Both the position numbers and the translations under genes were made by a program. A stretch of 63,588 bases of DNA, counting the filler, from Octopus bimaculoides (lineage: Eukaryota): NCBI RefSeq assembly GCF_001194135.2. It is 3 parts of 3 records of this genome, joined end to end, with 100 filler letters (N's around TTAATTAATTAA, not from the genome) between each part and the next. Parts side by side here need not be neighbours in the genome. Positions count along the whole stretch, not along the records: positions 1 to 31,389 come from NC_068989.1; 2 more parts are not named here. One strand, written 5' to 3'. Below, in pieces: positions 1 through 12,854 of the stretch. Within the stretch, counting starts at the first letter, position 1; each line of letters begins with the position of its first letter. Under the pieces are notes generated by a model, which was not told where the DNA came from, searched no databases, and saw nothing but the letters and a program-made list of their open reading frames with translations.

Positions 1-59
<59 letters not shown>

Positions 60-60
60 C
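1..60. repeat. (AT)n microsatellite; one of dozens of (AT)n, (CA)n, (ATCT)n, (ATGT)n and (GA)n tracts across the window
   Basis: Seen directly. Almost every N gap is flanked by such tracts. Confidence 0.99.
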
Positions 61-1140
61 ATAGAACAACAATATCGGAGTTGGTTTGCTCGATTAAAAC
101 ACTTACAGTTGGTACCCGATCTTGTCTGTATTCCGATAACTGAGACAAGTAAGTGAAAAGCGATAAAATGTTGCCCAAAATTCAAGCAAACCGAATATTA
201 TCGGTAATTATTTAAGATGAGCCATGTTCAGGCAAATGGAAACTAAATATATGCTAACCATATTTTTATCGTTAATAATTTCGTCATATAACGAAGATAA
301 ATAAATCTAATTGCGAAACGACACGATTAAGGACATCGTCATTACTCTAAGCTAGTTGATTTCTGAAGGCAACAATGACTGCTGCATCTTTCATCATGCT
401 TGATATTAAAAATTTTGAAATGAAATAAGCAAATGATGACTTGGATGATGATAAAGACCATATGTTTAAAAATACATGCAGCGAAGTATATAAATAAAAT
501 CTACCATAGAATATTCTAAGATATGTATTTTTAAAAGTAGGATTGAAATATTTCCATCGTAGGAATACAACAAAAATATCTTGGCCATGTCAGGAATAAA
601 CCTCTATGAAAAGCGCCATATTTAGTCATAAAAATAGAGAGTGTCTGCGGGGATTACGAAAGACCAAATGTAATCAGCGAAAAGTGATTATACGCATTAT
701 GTGTATAAAACATTAGATTTAGTAAACATAGATAATTAACATGCAGCTAACAGCATTGAAATCTGGGCGTGCAATTCACGACGAAAAATAAATGAGCATT
801 GTCACTTTAAATGGGAATAAATTATCTGGAACAATTAGAATAGACAGGTTTAGAATAATTTCTTTTAAATCACAAATCAGACATTGTCATTGAAATTATT
901 TAAATCTCATAAAGAGAAGGGAAAATAATGGTGGTAGTAAAACAGGAATTACCTCAGATATCACGTTTGCCTCCATACCTTTTCTAAAAAATTCATTATC
1001 TAGTTATTGCCTCATTACTAAACTATGGGTATAAATTTAATGCTTTTGTCACCATATTTCTGATGACATACGCTGTTTTGTTTCAATTATTTTAAAAACT
1101 AATTTACAATGGTGTCTGGAGAATAAATTAGCATTCAAAT

Positions 1141-1416
1141 TTTGATGAAAGCTTTTAATTTGATTACATTAACCCATTAAGAGCAAAATTTTTTTTTAAA
1201 TATTTTTTTGGCTTTACAGATATCTTAGGAGATGAAATAATATATAGTATTTACATTTTCTTCCTAACATGTGAAAATTTTGATGAACGCTTTTAATTTG
1301 ATTACATTAACCCATTAACATCAAAATTATTTATTCATATTTTTTGGCTTTGCAGATGTCTTAGGAGATGAAATAATATATAGTATTTACATTTTCTTCC
1401 TAATATGTGAAATATT
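1141..1416. repeat. Tandem duplication, two copies of about 138 bp
   Basis: tttgatgaa..gcttttaatttgattacattaacccattaa...ttaggagatgaaataatatatagtatttacattttcttcctaa recurs at 1141 and 1279. Confidence 0.9.
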
Positions 1417-2226
1417 TTGGAAAATATGATAACTTTTTCGAAAAGTCCCAAACGGGGATCATAGCAAAACAGGTCAAGAAAAGAGAAATATTAAAGAAAT
1501 ATTTTATATTGCAAATAAACGTATTACAACTAAATGAACAGCCATTTAACACAATGTTACTAGAAGATTGCATCAAATATTCAGGGCAGGTGTTCGGCTT
1601 AATAACGACAGTTAGTTTACTGGCTTCTTCAGTACCATCAAAATTATTTGAAATAAAAACAGTGTATTTCATCCTTTTGAAACTATCTGGCTTTTAGATA
1701 TGAAGTTTGTTACCCATTCAATGTACTTTTGAGATTCAATGCAGAAAGTAACCTTGGTTATTACCTCCGACAAATCATTACAAGCACACAGACGTATGCA
1801 CGCACGTACTCACACCCCCCCAAAACACATATACACACATATATGTATCTATACACACACACACACACATAAAGTGGAAAAGAAATGCCTTCGTTTCACA
1901 TAGTTTAATATCTTATAAAGAAACAAGTAAAAGGTAAAAAATAGGCACACCGTCTGGAAGGTTTGTAGATGGGGATAGCCGCTTACATCGAACCCCATTG
2001 TTCGACTGGTAAGTATTTTATTGACCCCCAGAGAATACAATACCGAAAGAAATGCTATTACGTATTTTGTCCGACGTGCACAGCGACTCTGGCGTTATAG
2101 CGTTATATGTGTGCGTGTGTGTTTGTGTGTACATAGACACACATATGTGTGTGTGTCTATGAGTACGTGTATGTGTGTGTGTGACGTATGAGTGTGCGCG
2201 TGTGTGTATGTGCGTGTGCCTGTGTG

Positions 2227-2266
<40 letters not shown>

Positions 2267-3436
2267 CTCGTATCGTTTATATTTGGGTTTTCTTCTTTCC
2301 TGTCTTAATTTTACCACAATTAGTAATTTAGCTCATGAATATTTTTCATCACACATCAAAAATATACCGCAAACTTGTGGCGTACAGCATAAAACGTGTC
2401 ATATGAATTCCCACTTCACTACACGTATTCATCTATATTTTTATCAGTCTATTAATATTAAAACTAGGATTGAAAGATAACACTTTATTTTGATTTGGAT
2501 TAATACAGAAAGACACAAAGTTCTACACTTATTCTTAAACCACAAGTATGCTGTTTTACTGTAGTCTGGTAGATTAGTAAATATTGTAAGTCCTCAGCTC
2601 ATCCCTTTCTTCTTAACGAATAGAGATATTGTGTATGGTTCTCCAGGACATCGCATCCTATTCGATTTTGGTGTCTGGTGATCCATCAGCACATCGATCG
2701 CTATTTCAGCCCATCCGTCCTGGTTAGGCGTCCCTAGACGCACACTATCAATTGTGTGACTGTTCAGGTTGTCTCGCGCACGATTAAACGCATTCACCCA
2801 TATCTAAGAATTGGGTTTATTATAGGTACGACCCGAATTCTCTTTCACGACATATTACCGCACCTTTATGTAAGGAAGAAGGGTTGATCTCAAACAAGAA
2901 AAATATAAAATTACCACACAAAACTCTGTCACCACACTAACGTTACTGCCAATAGACGACAGCGTCCTACTTAACGAAAGTTAAATATCCCTGAAGTTTC
3001 TGGTCATGAACAATGAATTCCCTTGAAAATACAAGCTCAGCATGACAGGTATAAGACCAGGTTTTCTGAAAGTTGTTTCACAAGTAATGATTGTCACTTT
3101 AATAATAGCTCGGATTAAAATCTTACGTTCAGTTACATACTCCTTCTACACTTTCTTTGTTTCTACTTCATTGTAGCCTATTCAACTATAGGGAAGGCTA
3201 CTCATTCACAATTAACTTCATGTTACGCCATTTTCTTTTTCATACAAATTATTGTCCCTGTTGATACACAAACTACAGATTACTATCGTTATAATCTTTT
3301 CAGATACACGTGTTACTAAATTTAAATCTATTCTTCCAGTATGCTTATTTCAATTATAACAAAACACACCTAGTTGTTTTTTTGTGTGAATTCATACCTA
3401 CACTCATACTTACTTAAAACTCTCTCTCACAAGCAC

Positions 3437-3478
<42 letters not shown>

Positions 3479-3636
3479 TTAGCTGTCTGTCTGTTTGGCT
3501 GTCTATGTGTCTGTCTGTGTGTCTGTCTGTGTGTCCGTCTGTGTGTCTGTCTACATACGTGGGTGTATATANNNNNNNNNNNNNNNNNNNNNNNNNNNNN
3601 NNNNNNNNNNNNNNNNNNNNNNNNNNNNNNNNNNNN

Positions 3637-3674
<38 letters not shown>

Positions 3675-3866
3675 ACATATATACAAATATACGTGTGTAT
3701 ATATATTATCCACCCATACATGTGTGTACACATGCACACATACAGATACGCGCGCGCTCACATACACACACATATATTTATATATACATGTACACACACG
3801 TACTCATACATATCGACTCTGGTCACAAATTTCTTAAGATGTATTGCTTCCTTACCATTGACACAG

Positions 3867-3992
3867 AGCATAAAAACATTCATTAATATGACTTGTCCAT
3901 GGCACAAATTTCCAGACATCAACCTCAAATCTGCAGAGAACATAGCATCATGGCTGATCGGAGTACCGCGGTACAGCTTCAGTGTTCTGCAC
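3867..3992 (+). CDS. Candidate 126-nt phase-0/0 exon (SIKTFINMTCPWHKFPDINLKSAENIASWLIGVPRYSFSVLH), possibly an upstream exon of the orphan gene
   Basis: Acceptor ttccttaccattgacacAG, donor CAC|GTGAGC, open frame, non-repetitive protein-like sequence. Not joined to any other exon. Confidence 0.35.
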
Positions 3993-6900
3993 GTGAGCCA
4001 AAACAATAGAAATTGTGGTATTTCATTACCATCGACGCGCCTGATACCTGTTCGCCATAAAGTAAAATTCACCATCTTTGGCGGTTCTAACGGTTTCTGG
4101 TTTTAACTCGGTTGCAAATAAATAAACTAATAATAAATGAAATATTATTACATAAAACAGAAAGAGAGAGAGGGAGAGAGGGAGAGAGCGAGAGAGAGAG
4201 AGATGGTGTGGGAATAGTACGCGCTCATAAAACTTTATGGTGGCAAACGCTTGCGCTATGTAGATGACAGAGTGTAGTGACATTAAGTAGACGTGTGGAC
4301 TTTGTAATTTAGCAACAAACAGGAAGAAACAAGATGATCAGAGACTACAAACAAAGCAGATATAGAACCTTCTTTGTCCCTTTATGCGTGATCCAGCGGA
4401 ATTCCTAATATGTTGCTGCTGGGTGTAACAGGGCTACACAAGCACCGCTCGGTGCTTATGAGAGGTTTGTAGATTAAAACACGAGAAATGAAGTGACTTG
4501 CTGGAGGACACGGCACGTCGTTCGGCTTAAGTAGTGAAGTCAAGTCGATGTAATCATAACCCGAAAACAGTAGACTCTAGGCCATGTACCTTCATAAAGT
4601 ATTAAGAGTATACTTTTAGGTGCATATATATACATATTTAGATCGACACACACTAGCATATGCATACATATGCATTAATGGTTGTTCGCCGGCCGCCCGG
4701 AGTTTATCCACCTTGTTACCTTTTTTTTTTCCATCCCACAGGATGTTCGATAATCAGTTTCTCGAAGAAGAAGATTTGGCAGATTCTTTTCTTTAGTCCC
4801 CAATAAATCCACATTGCGAGCGGTGAAACCGTTGAATAAGTTTGTGACATAGAAACTGGTCTCTTTTTATTCAAAAGTAAAATGTTAGAAGTTTATCTCA
4901 GCCAAAGGGCAGTGAAAAATAATTCGTAAATGTAGTTGAGCAAGCTGTCTACAGAAAATGCTGTTTACAACTCATTAAGAATTGACAATTTTTTTTATTT
5001 ACCCGTTGACGTTTTAAAGAAAGAAAAAATTAACGATAGATTGTGGCACTGATTTCACAGATATACAGCGGTATTTAGAAAACATTGAAGAATTTACATG
5101 TAAATTATATCATTTCAGAACATTCTTCATCTTTATACTCATTGTAAAACTGAGGTATTGTTAAGATTTTCATTTTGTTATTTGTTTGTATATCAAGACT
5201 GTTCCTATCTGTCCTTCAGTTTGAAACTGCATTTCATTTATCCTGCTCCCACTTTCATTATTTACCAATCAGGACAGTCGATAAACGCCTTAACCTCAAA
5301 CCACATGTGATAAAATTTAAAATGATACCATCAATAGTCGACTTATGTATCGCAATTAATACGACTCATTAAAACGCTTTGAAATTAGTGTCCCAGCAAG
5401 CCCCACAATCTGATTAATGAAAACATATGANNNNNNNNNNNNNNNNNNNNNNNNNNNNNNNNNNNNNNNNNNNNNNNNNNNNNNNNNNNNNNNNNNNNNN
5501 NNNNNNNNNNNNNNNNNNNNNNNNNNNNNNNNNNNNNNNNNNNNNNNNNNNNNNNNNNNNNNNNNNNNNNNNNNNNNNNNNNNNNNNNNNNNNNNNNNNN
5601 NNNNNNNNNNNNNNNNNNNNNNNNNNNNNNATATATATATATATATATATATAAATATTCATATTTATGCATAAATGCAGGTAGCTTTGAGACATTTTCT
5701 CCAATGAATTTTCCGGTTGTTTCATCAATTATCTGTTGAGTTATAGTGTAAACAGCTGAATATTCTTCAGCCCTTTTACAATTAAGGAGATCATTATACG
5801 GAAATATCTTGACACTGTGAAAAAACAGTGACGTTGAAATGCAGATACAGTACATATACTGCATAAGACATGTGTCCTCACAATTTCCGCCAATCCAGTT
5901 TCACCTAGTTGACTGCGACTCTGGATTTTCCTATTATTTAACGCCGTGTGAGGAGAGGCAGGATAATTTAAATCCGAAATACTTTTGTTCAAAAGTCAAC
6001 TCGGTGTGTTCACTAGTCAACCTCGTGTTAAACGATAACAAGGAAACTCCAGAATAAAGAAGGAAGGATATGTGAGGCCGAGAGATAGAAAGCAAAAAGG
6101 AGAGGCATGAAATGAGAAGCTTACTGCTCTCTGACCGGAAAGTACAGAAAGTACAGATATGAGGAAGTAAGTTGTGAAACAACTGAAACAAGACTGGAAC
6201 TCGTGACTCATTCAGGTCGATGGTAACGTACCAACATTATATTTTTGTTTCTCCATGGAATCAAATTTATACCTCGACAAAACTTTTTAATGTTTTGTCT
6301 TTTTTTCTGAAATATAAAATTTAGTTCCGTATTCACTTAGGAACGAAGGATTAAATAGCCATAACAATGCAAAATTAGATTTCATAAATTTCACAAACCT
6401 GCTTGTGTCAATAGGAATGTGAAATGGTACCAATCGTGGATTGAAACTATTTTGTTTACTTTACTTCACGTAAACTTGCCCTTTGATAAAACAGTCCATA
6501 TCAAGTAATCTAAAAATTGTGTACACATTGCTAATAGCAGTATAAATATTTGAAAAGTCGTGACTAAAGCATATTTCTTTTATCATTGATACAACAGCGA
6601 CAGCAGATAGTTTTCAGTAGTTCACGGATACTTATTCAGGAAGACCATGAAACCCGATATGAAGTGAAAGAAATAAATAAAAAGATTTAACAAATATCAT
6701 TTTCTTTTTCCTTGTATCCGTGAAATAAGTTACAATAATGTTTGGGTATTGCACGATTGCTCACACCAATTGCTGTTTGATCAGCCTCTTTGTTTTGAAC
6801 GATTGAAAACTAGTTGTGACGTGCATTTATGAATAGTTTTACGTTCCCCAAACTGAAGAATCTGAGTCGGGAAGGAAACAAATTCTCGGCAAGAAAATAA

Positions 6901-7756
6901 AAAAGTCTCACGGTAAGGTCAATACTTTTTCAATCAGGATCTAAACTATGTCTGGAACTCAGACTTGCTGCATGAAAACCCTTGCAATCTACATAAAAAC
7001 TTTGGTCCTTGATCTCTTTGAAATGGCAGCTAAATTTCATAGAGGAAAATATTTGGAAGCGTCTAGTATTTGACTAAAAATTTGCTCGACGAAGTGTGAC
7101 CTGTGACTAAAAATGTACAGCTAGCTTTCTCTCGATACGACAATAGCTTATTAACATTTAGCATGATTTCGCTAATATATTTAAGTGCTTATGTTGTCAC
7201 AAGCAAATTTAGACATACTCAAGGTCCTTTCACCATTGTCAAAGCAAAACATCCAGGTTTTAACAGATGGTAGGAGAGGCGGATTCTCTAGCATCGGACA
7301 AGTTCCTCATTATAGCTAAGTAGAAAGGAAGTGTAACATGATATGAAAAGCCTTACTCAAGGACTCAGCACATCGCAAGGCCTAACAATTAAACTCTATG
7401 CTTTATAATCATGAGCCGAATACATTAGCCCACAAGGCCACGTCTTTTACAGAAAGTAAAACTAACCGTTAATCGCGAGCGACTATGGCTTGGTGAACTT
7501 TCTGTATGCGTTCGGCAACTGATTTAGTGCCTATGTTCTCACGAGTGATAAAGACACTCTCTCTGGTCCGTCACTGATGACGCAGTGGAACGGACAAGGT
7601 TTGAGTGATAGCTGGAAGAAGAAATAACTGCTTCAACATTCGAATGATATTCATTGCAGCTGGGTAGACAAGAGCAACATGAAAGAGAGTGCTCAAAGCT
7701 ACAATGCAGCGCTCGATCTATATTTATATATGTGTGTATGTGTGTATGTGTGTATC

Positions 7757-7788
<32 letters not shown>

Positions 7789-8424
7789 TGTATGTATGTA
7801 TGTATGTATGTATGTATGTATCTCTTTCTCTCCCCCTCTTTCTTTATAAATAAATAATTATATATAGAGAGAGAGACACACAAATACATGCATATATATA
7901 TATATCATCATTTAACGTCTAGCTTCCATGTTGGCATGGTTTTAAGAGTGGGACAGAATTGGACGATTTGGGTGACTGTTATGGCTATTATTATAAGGAA
8001 ATCATGCTAACCGCTATGTCCCGCGCCTACACTACGAAGATAAACAGCGGCGGCAGCGGTAACGGCAGTGCAGCAGCCTGCAGTAGATACCTATAGCAAT
8101 AGTATCAGCAGCAGGAGCACCAGCAGCAACAATTTGTCTTTGCTTGCTTGAATGTTATTCTTCAAAATTTTCATTTAGCGGTTTGATGTGAAGCAAAGAG
8201 TTGCATCTCTGAGTTTCACATCCCCGTGTGATTTGCAAGTTCGATGCTGTTAACATCCCTTTCAAAGTTCTGTAAAGGAGTGCTAGCCAAAGAGCTGATG
8301 TTCTAGGAAGGAAAAACTGTGTGTAATGGTTCATGAAAGTACCGGATGGCACCGATCACGTTAAGTTTATCATGTTAAGTTCTTGTGTGTCATATTTATT
8401 GTTGACAGATGATTAATATATTTA

Positions 8425-8732
8425 CAATTAAACCTTGGGAGAGGCATTATGCCGGTAATAAACACACGCACTGGTTCAGTCCTTTATTAATTTATATAGT
8501 TTTTTGTTAAATTATTTCATTGCACTCTTGCAATCTCTTCAGTAACTTGTCTCTCCACTTCCATTTATTTTGAATGTATGATCTGGCGTTGTTTTGGCGT
8601 TGTTTCTAAACTGTTTGGTATGAGCATGTGAGTGTGTGCAAGCTCGTATGTGTGCACGCACTTATGTGTTCGTGCTTATATGTAAGTATGTGTGTTTATT
8701 ACCGGCATAATGCCTCTCCCAAGGTTTAATTG
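8425..8732. mobile_element. Putative MITE with perfect 43-bp terminal inverted repeats and flanking TA
   Basis: 8423-8467 is the exact reverse complement of 8690-8734 (45/45 including the TA). Confidence 0.55.
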
Positions 8733-9471
8733 TATTTCTTTCAACACACGTATCCACATCAAGAATCTTGCACACGAAATACANNNNNNNNNNNNNNNNN
8801 NNNNNNNNNNNNNNNNNNNNNNNNNNNNNNNNNNNNNNNNNNNNNNNNNNNNNNNNNNNNNNNNNNNNNNNNNNNNNNNNNNNNNNNNNNNNNNNNNNNN
8901 NNNNNNNNNNNNNNNNNNNNNNNNNNNNNNNNNNNNNNNNNNNNNNNNNNNNNNNNNNNNNNNNNNNNNNNNNNNNNNNNNNNNNNNNNNNNNNNNNNNN
9001 NNNNNNNNNNNNNNNNNNNNNNNNNNNNNNNNNNNNNNNNNNNNNNNNNNNNNNNNNNNNNNNNNNNNNNNNNNNNNNNNNNNNNNNNNNNNNNNNNNNN
9101 NNNNNNNNNNNNNNNNNNNNNNNNNNNNNNNNNNNNNNNNNNNNNNNNNNNNNNNNNNNNNNNNNNNNNNNNNNNNNNNNNNNNNNNNNNNNNNNNNNNN
9201 NNNNNNNNNNNNNNNNNNNNNNNNNNNNNNNNNNNNNNNNNNNNNNNNNNNNNNNNNNNNNNNNNNNNNNNNNNNNNNNNNNNNNNNNNNNNNNNNNNNN
9301 NNNNNNNNNNNNNNNNNNNNNNNNNNNNNNNNNNNNNNNNNNNNNNNNNNNNNNNNNNNNNNNNNNNNNNNNNNNNNNNNNNNNNNNNNNNNNNNNNNNN
9401 NNNNNNNNNNNNNNNNNNNNNNNNNNNNNNNNNNNNNNNNNNNNNNNNNNNNNNNNNNNNNNNNNNNNNNN

Positions 9472-9537
<66 letters not shown>

Positions 9538-9559
9538 GTCTATTTGTATACATATGAAA

Positions 9560-9790
9560 TGATCTACGTCGTCTTCGAAACATGGGTCCATAAGATCGGT
9601 TTCGTGGATTGCATGCCATCCTTATTCTCTTCGCAGAATTATTCATATTTACCAACTGAATGTAATGGAGCCACCTGAAATAAAGTATTTTGCTCAAGAA
9701 CACAACGCAACGACTGATTCCTGAAGCGAAACCACAATCCAACGGTCCGATTAAGAATGCAGCATCATAACCACTAATCCACGCGTCCCC
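9560..9790 (-). mobile_element. tRNA-derived SINE with CORE-like domain; related copies at about 4440-4590(-), 7330-7450(-), 34428-34680(+), 62538-62685(+)
   Basis: tRNA-like head followed by 'gtgttcttgagcaagacactt...cactcagctg...aaatgagt', clearest in the 34428 and 62538 copies. Confidence 0.6.
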
Positions 9791-9883
9791 TCGTGCGCGC
9801 GCGCACAAACACATGCACACACATACACACACATATATATGTATATGTATAAATTTGTGTATATATATGTATGTGTATATATA

Positions 9884-9959
<76 letters not shown>

Positions 9960-10472
9960 NNNNNNNNNNNNNNNNNNNNNNNNNNNNNNNNNNNNNNNNN
10001 NNNNNNNNNNNNNNNNNNNNNNNNNNNNNNNNNNNNNNNNNNNNNNNNNNNNNNNNNNNNNNNNNNNNNNNNNNNNNNNNNNNNNNNNNNNNNNNNNNNN
10101 NNNNNNNNNNNNNNNNNNNNNNNNNNNNNNNNNNNNNNNNNNNNNNNNNNNNNNNNNNNNNNNNNNNNNNNNNNNNNNNNNNNNNNNNNNNNNNNNNNNN
10201 NNNNNNNNNNNNNNNNNNNNNNNNNNNNNNNNNNNNNNNNNNNNNNNNNNNNNNNNNNNNNNNNNNNNNNNNNNNNNNNNNNNNNNNNNNNNNNNNNNNN
10301 NNNNNNNNNNNNNNNNNNNNNNNNNNNNNNNNNNNNNNNNNNNNNNNNNNNNNNNNNNNNNNNNNNNNNNNNNNNNNNNNNNNNNNNNNNNNNNNNNNNN
10401 NNNNNNNNNNNNNNNNNNNNNNNNNNNNNNNNNNNNNNNNNNNNNNNNNNNNNNNNNNNNNNNNNNNNNNNN

Positions 10473-10518
<46 letters not shown>

Positions 10519-10737
10519 ACACACACACACACAGAGGCACAAACACACTCACACACATACACACACATACACACACACATGTATCGGCAAATCAAAGATA
10601 AGACAGAAGAAAAATTAAAAACAAAACAACAAAAGTCAAACGGACGTACACAGAGAATGTATTATATAAATACATATGTGTATGTTTATAGACATATATA
10701 TATATATATATTTATACATATATACCTCCACACATAG

Positions 10738-10799
<62 letters not shown>

Positions 10800-11287
10800 G
10801 TTTGTCTGTCTCTATACGTATGTATATGTGTGTGTGTGTGTGTGTACACAGACACGTCCATTTACACATTGCTTTAGCATTGAGGAACAGGGTATAGATG
10901 CAGGAAACATTATAATATTAACTTGGTAATAAATGTTTATAGACCGGGACGGGTGTAATTTGTAACTGCAACTTAGACAATGTTTTGGAATGACAGACAT
11001 TGTAAATTCATCACAGTAGGGCGTCCGTCCATTTTAATGTAGAATAACATACTGACGCCAAGTATTTGTCAATCAGATTATTTTGTTTTTATTGCCATCC
11101 TACGATAAATAGTTTTGAGATATAGACTATGGCGTCGTCAAAATAAACTTTTGCAGTCACACACCTGCAGTAATGCCTCTGTCTAACTTCCTTCTTCTCT
11201 CCCACTCACTCTCTCCCTTACTCTCTCTCTCCCCTTCTCTCTGATATGTATATATATATATGTATGTGTGTGTGCACGTATATATAT

Positions 11288-11440
11288 CATCATCATCATC
11301 ATCATCATCATCGTTTAACGTCCGCTTTCCACGCTAGCATGGGTTGGACGATTTGACTGAGGACTGGTGAAACCGGATGGCTACACCAGACTCCAATCTA
11401 ATTTGGCAGAGTTTCTACAGCTGGATGCCCTTCCTAACGC
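11288..11440 (-). mobile_element. RTE LINE 3' end with (GAT)n tail; similar short ends at about 7905-7980, 22145-22330, 49645-49860, 51946-52140 (all minus)
   Basis: (cat)n-cgtttaacgtccgctttcc...gctggatgcccttcctaacgc matches the 3' terminus of the long RTE copies in this window. Confidence 0.85.
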
Positions 11441-11532
11441 TTTATATATTCAGAATGAGAAAAAAGTCCAAGGCTGTGAAATATTTTAGAACATTTATAA
11501 ATAGAAGGTCTTACATAACTTTTTCTCGCACC

Positions 11533-11580
11533 GTCTCCGATGAAGGGATATATAAAATATCCCGGAAACAGCTGTAAGAC
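11533..11580 (+). ncRNA. Type I hammerhead-ribozyme fold with a U4C core variant, Penelope-pLTR-like
   Basis: GTCT-CCGATGA-a-GGGATAT-ataaa-ATATCCC-g-GAAAC-AGCT-GTA-AGAC: stem I GTCT/AGAC, 7-bp stem II, GAAA, palindromic helix III (ACAGCTGT), GUA cleavage triplet. Confidence 0.7.
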
Positions 11581-12477
11581 CTTCTATTTATAAGTGTTCT
11601 AAAATATTTCACACACTTGGATTTTTATCTCATTCTAAATTTTTTTTTATATATACACATGCTGATATAAGACCTACGTTGGATTTCTCATTGGCATAAT
11701 CACCGAACCTGGAGCTTAACTATGGTCTATCCATAGCACTTACTCCGCATTACCTCACACATTTGGGTCTTATTGACATCATTACCTCTCATAGCCTATA
11801 TATATATATATATATATGTATAAGTATATTTATGTGCGTGTGTACGTGTGTACAGCTATACATAGGGCTATGTGTACATATATGTCGATAAATAGATAAA
11901 TATGATATATTTATATATGTATGTGTGCTTGTATGTGCGTGCGTATGTGCGCGCGTGCGTATTAGTACCATGCTCTAAAGTCTTGGATTTTGAGCCACTT
12001 ATATAGCTTTAGGCTATTGGCCAGGTAAGAGACACATGCGACCAAATATCCATTGCGGTATCCATGGTGTAGAAGCGACGGAGAGTATAACACCGTCACT
12101 GCTGTATGAGATGATTGAAGTGGCAATGTTAACAACCTCTACATTTTCCAGACAGATAATTCATAAATCAAGTGATGTTCATATTATATAAGAAGGTCGT
12201 TCTAATCGTGTAAAACTCTTTCTGCTGCTCGTTTCTTAGTTGGGTGGATTAGAACAAAATGAGAAAAAGTATTTTACTCAAGAATTTAACACTCAAGAAT
12301 TCAACACTACAATCTGAAGGTCGAAATCCCATCCCTGCAATCCTGAGGACAGCAAATTAGCTATTAAGGTACACATCTATGCAGTCTAACGTTAGCGTTG
12401 ATAAGGAGAAATATACCTACTCTACATTATATACTGAGTCCGATTTTTTAATATTTTTACCAGCACACATTGTTGTT

Positions 12478-12854
12478 GGCGCTCCGTCGCTTACGACGTG
12501 AAGGGTTCCAGTTGATCCGATCAACAGAACAACCTGCTCGTGAAATTAACGTGCAAGTGGCTGAGCATTCCACAGACATGTGTACCCTTAACGTAGTTCT
12601 CAGGGATATTCAGCGTGACACAGAGTGACAAAGCTGACCATTTTGAATTACAGGCACAACAGATACAGGAAGTAAGAGTGAGAGAAAGTTGTGGTGGAAG
12701 GGTACAGCAGGGTTCACCACCATCCCCTGCCGGAGCCTCGTGGAGCTTTATCTGTTTTCGCTCAATAAACACTCACAACGCCCGGTCTGGGAATCGAAAC
12801 CGCGATCCTATGACAGCGAATCCGCTGCCCTAACCACTGGGCCATTGCGCCTCC
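12478..12854 (-). mobile_element. tRNA-derived SINE, near full length; a 3' part of the same family lies at 63466-63588
   Basis: Reverse complement starts ggaggcgcaatggcccagtggttagggcagcgg...ggtttcgattccc (A and B boxes). The tail matches 63466-63588. Confidence 0.8.

Noticed and set aside
109-148. AG...GTAAGT-bounded 40-nt exon-like unit
   Set aside because: The donor lies in actgagacaagtaa, which resembles the SINE tail gactgaaacaagtaa, and it joins no other exon.
4742-4800. Strong acceptor (t10-ccatcccacAG)
   Set aside because: All three frames stop within about 65 nt and there is no good donor.
5680-6170. Non-repetitive block with 70-85 aa ORFs on both strands and a GTAAGT at 6167
   Set aside because: No frame connects an acceptor to the donor, and I recognise no domain or TE motif. 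Left unassigned.
12013-12175. CAG|GTAAGA donor at 12025 and a roughly 55-codon open frame (YWPGKRHMRPNIHCG...)
   Set aside because: The possible exon interpretations conflict and none links convincingly to 16885.
12790-12854. tRNA-like A/B-box sequences here and at 53935, 62538 and about 62960-63037
   Set aside because: They continue into SINE bodies and have no complete cloverleaf; they are SINE heads, not tRNA genes.
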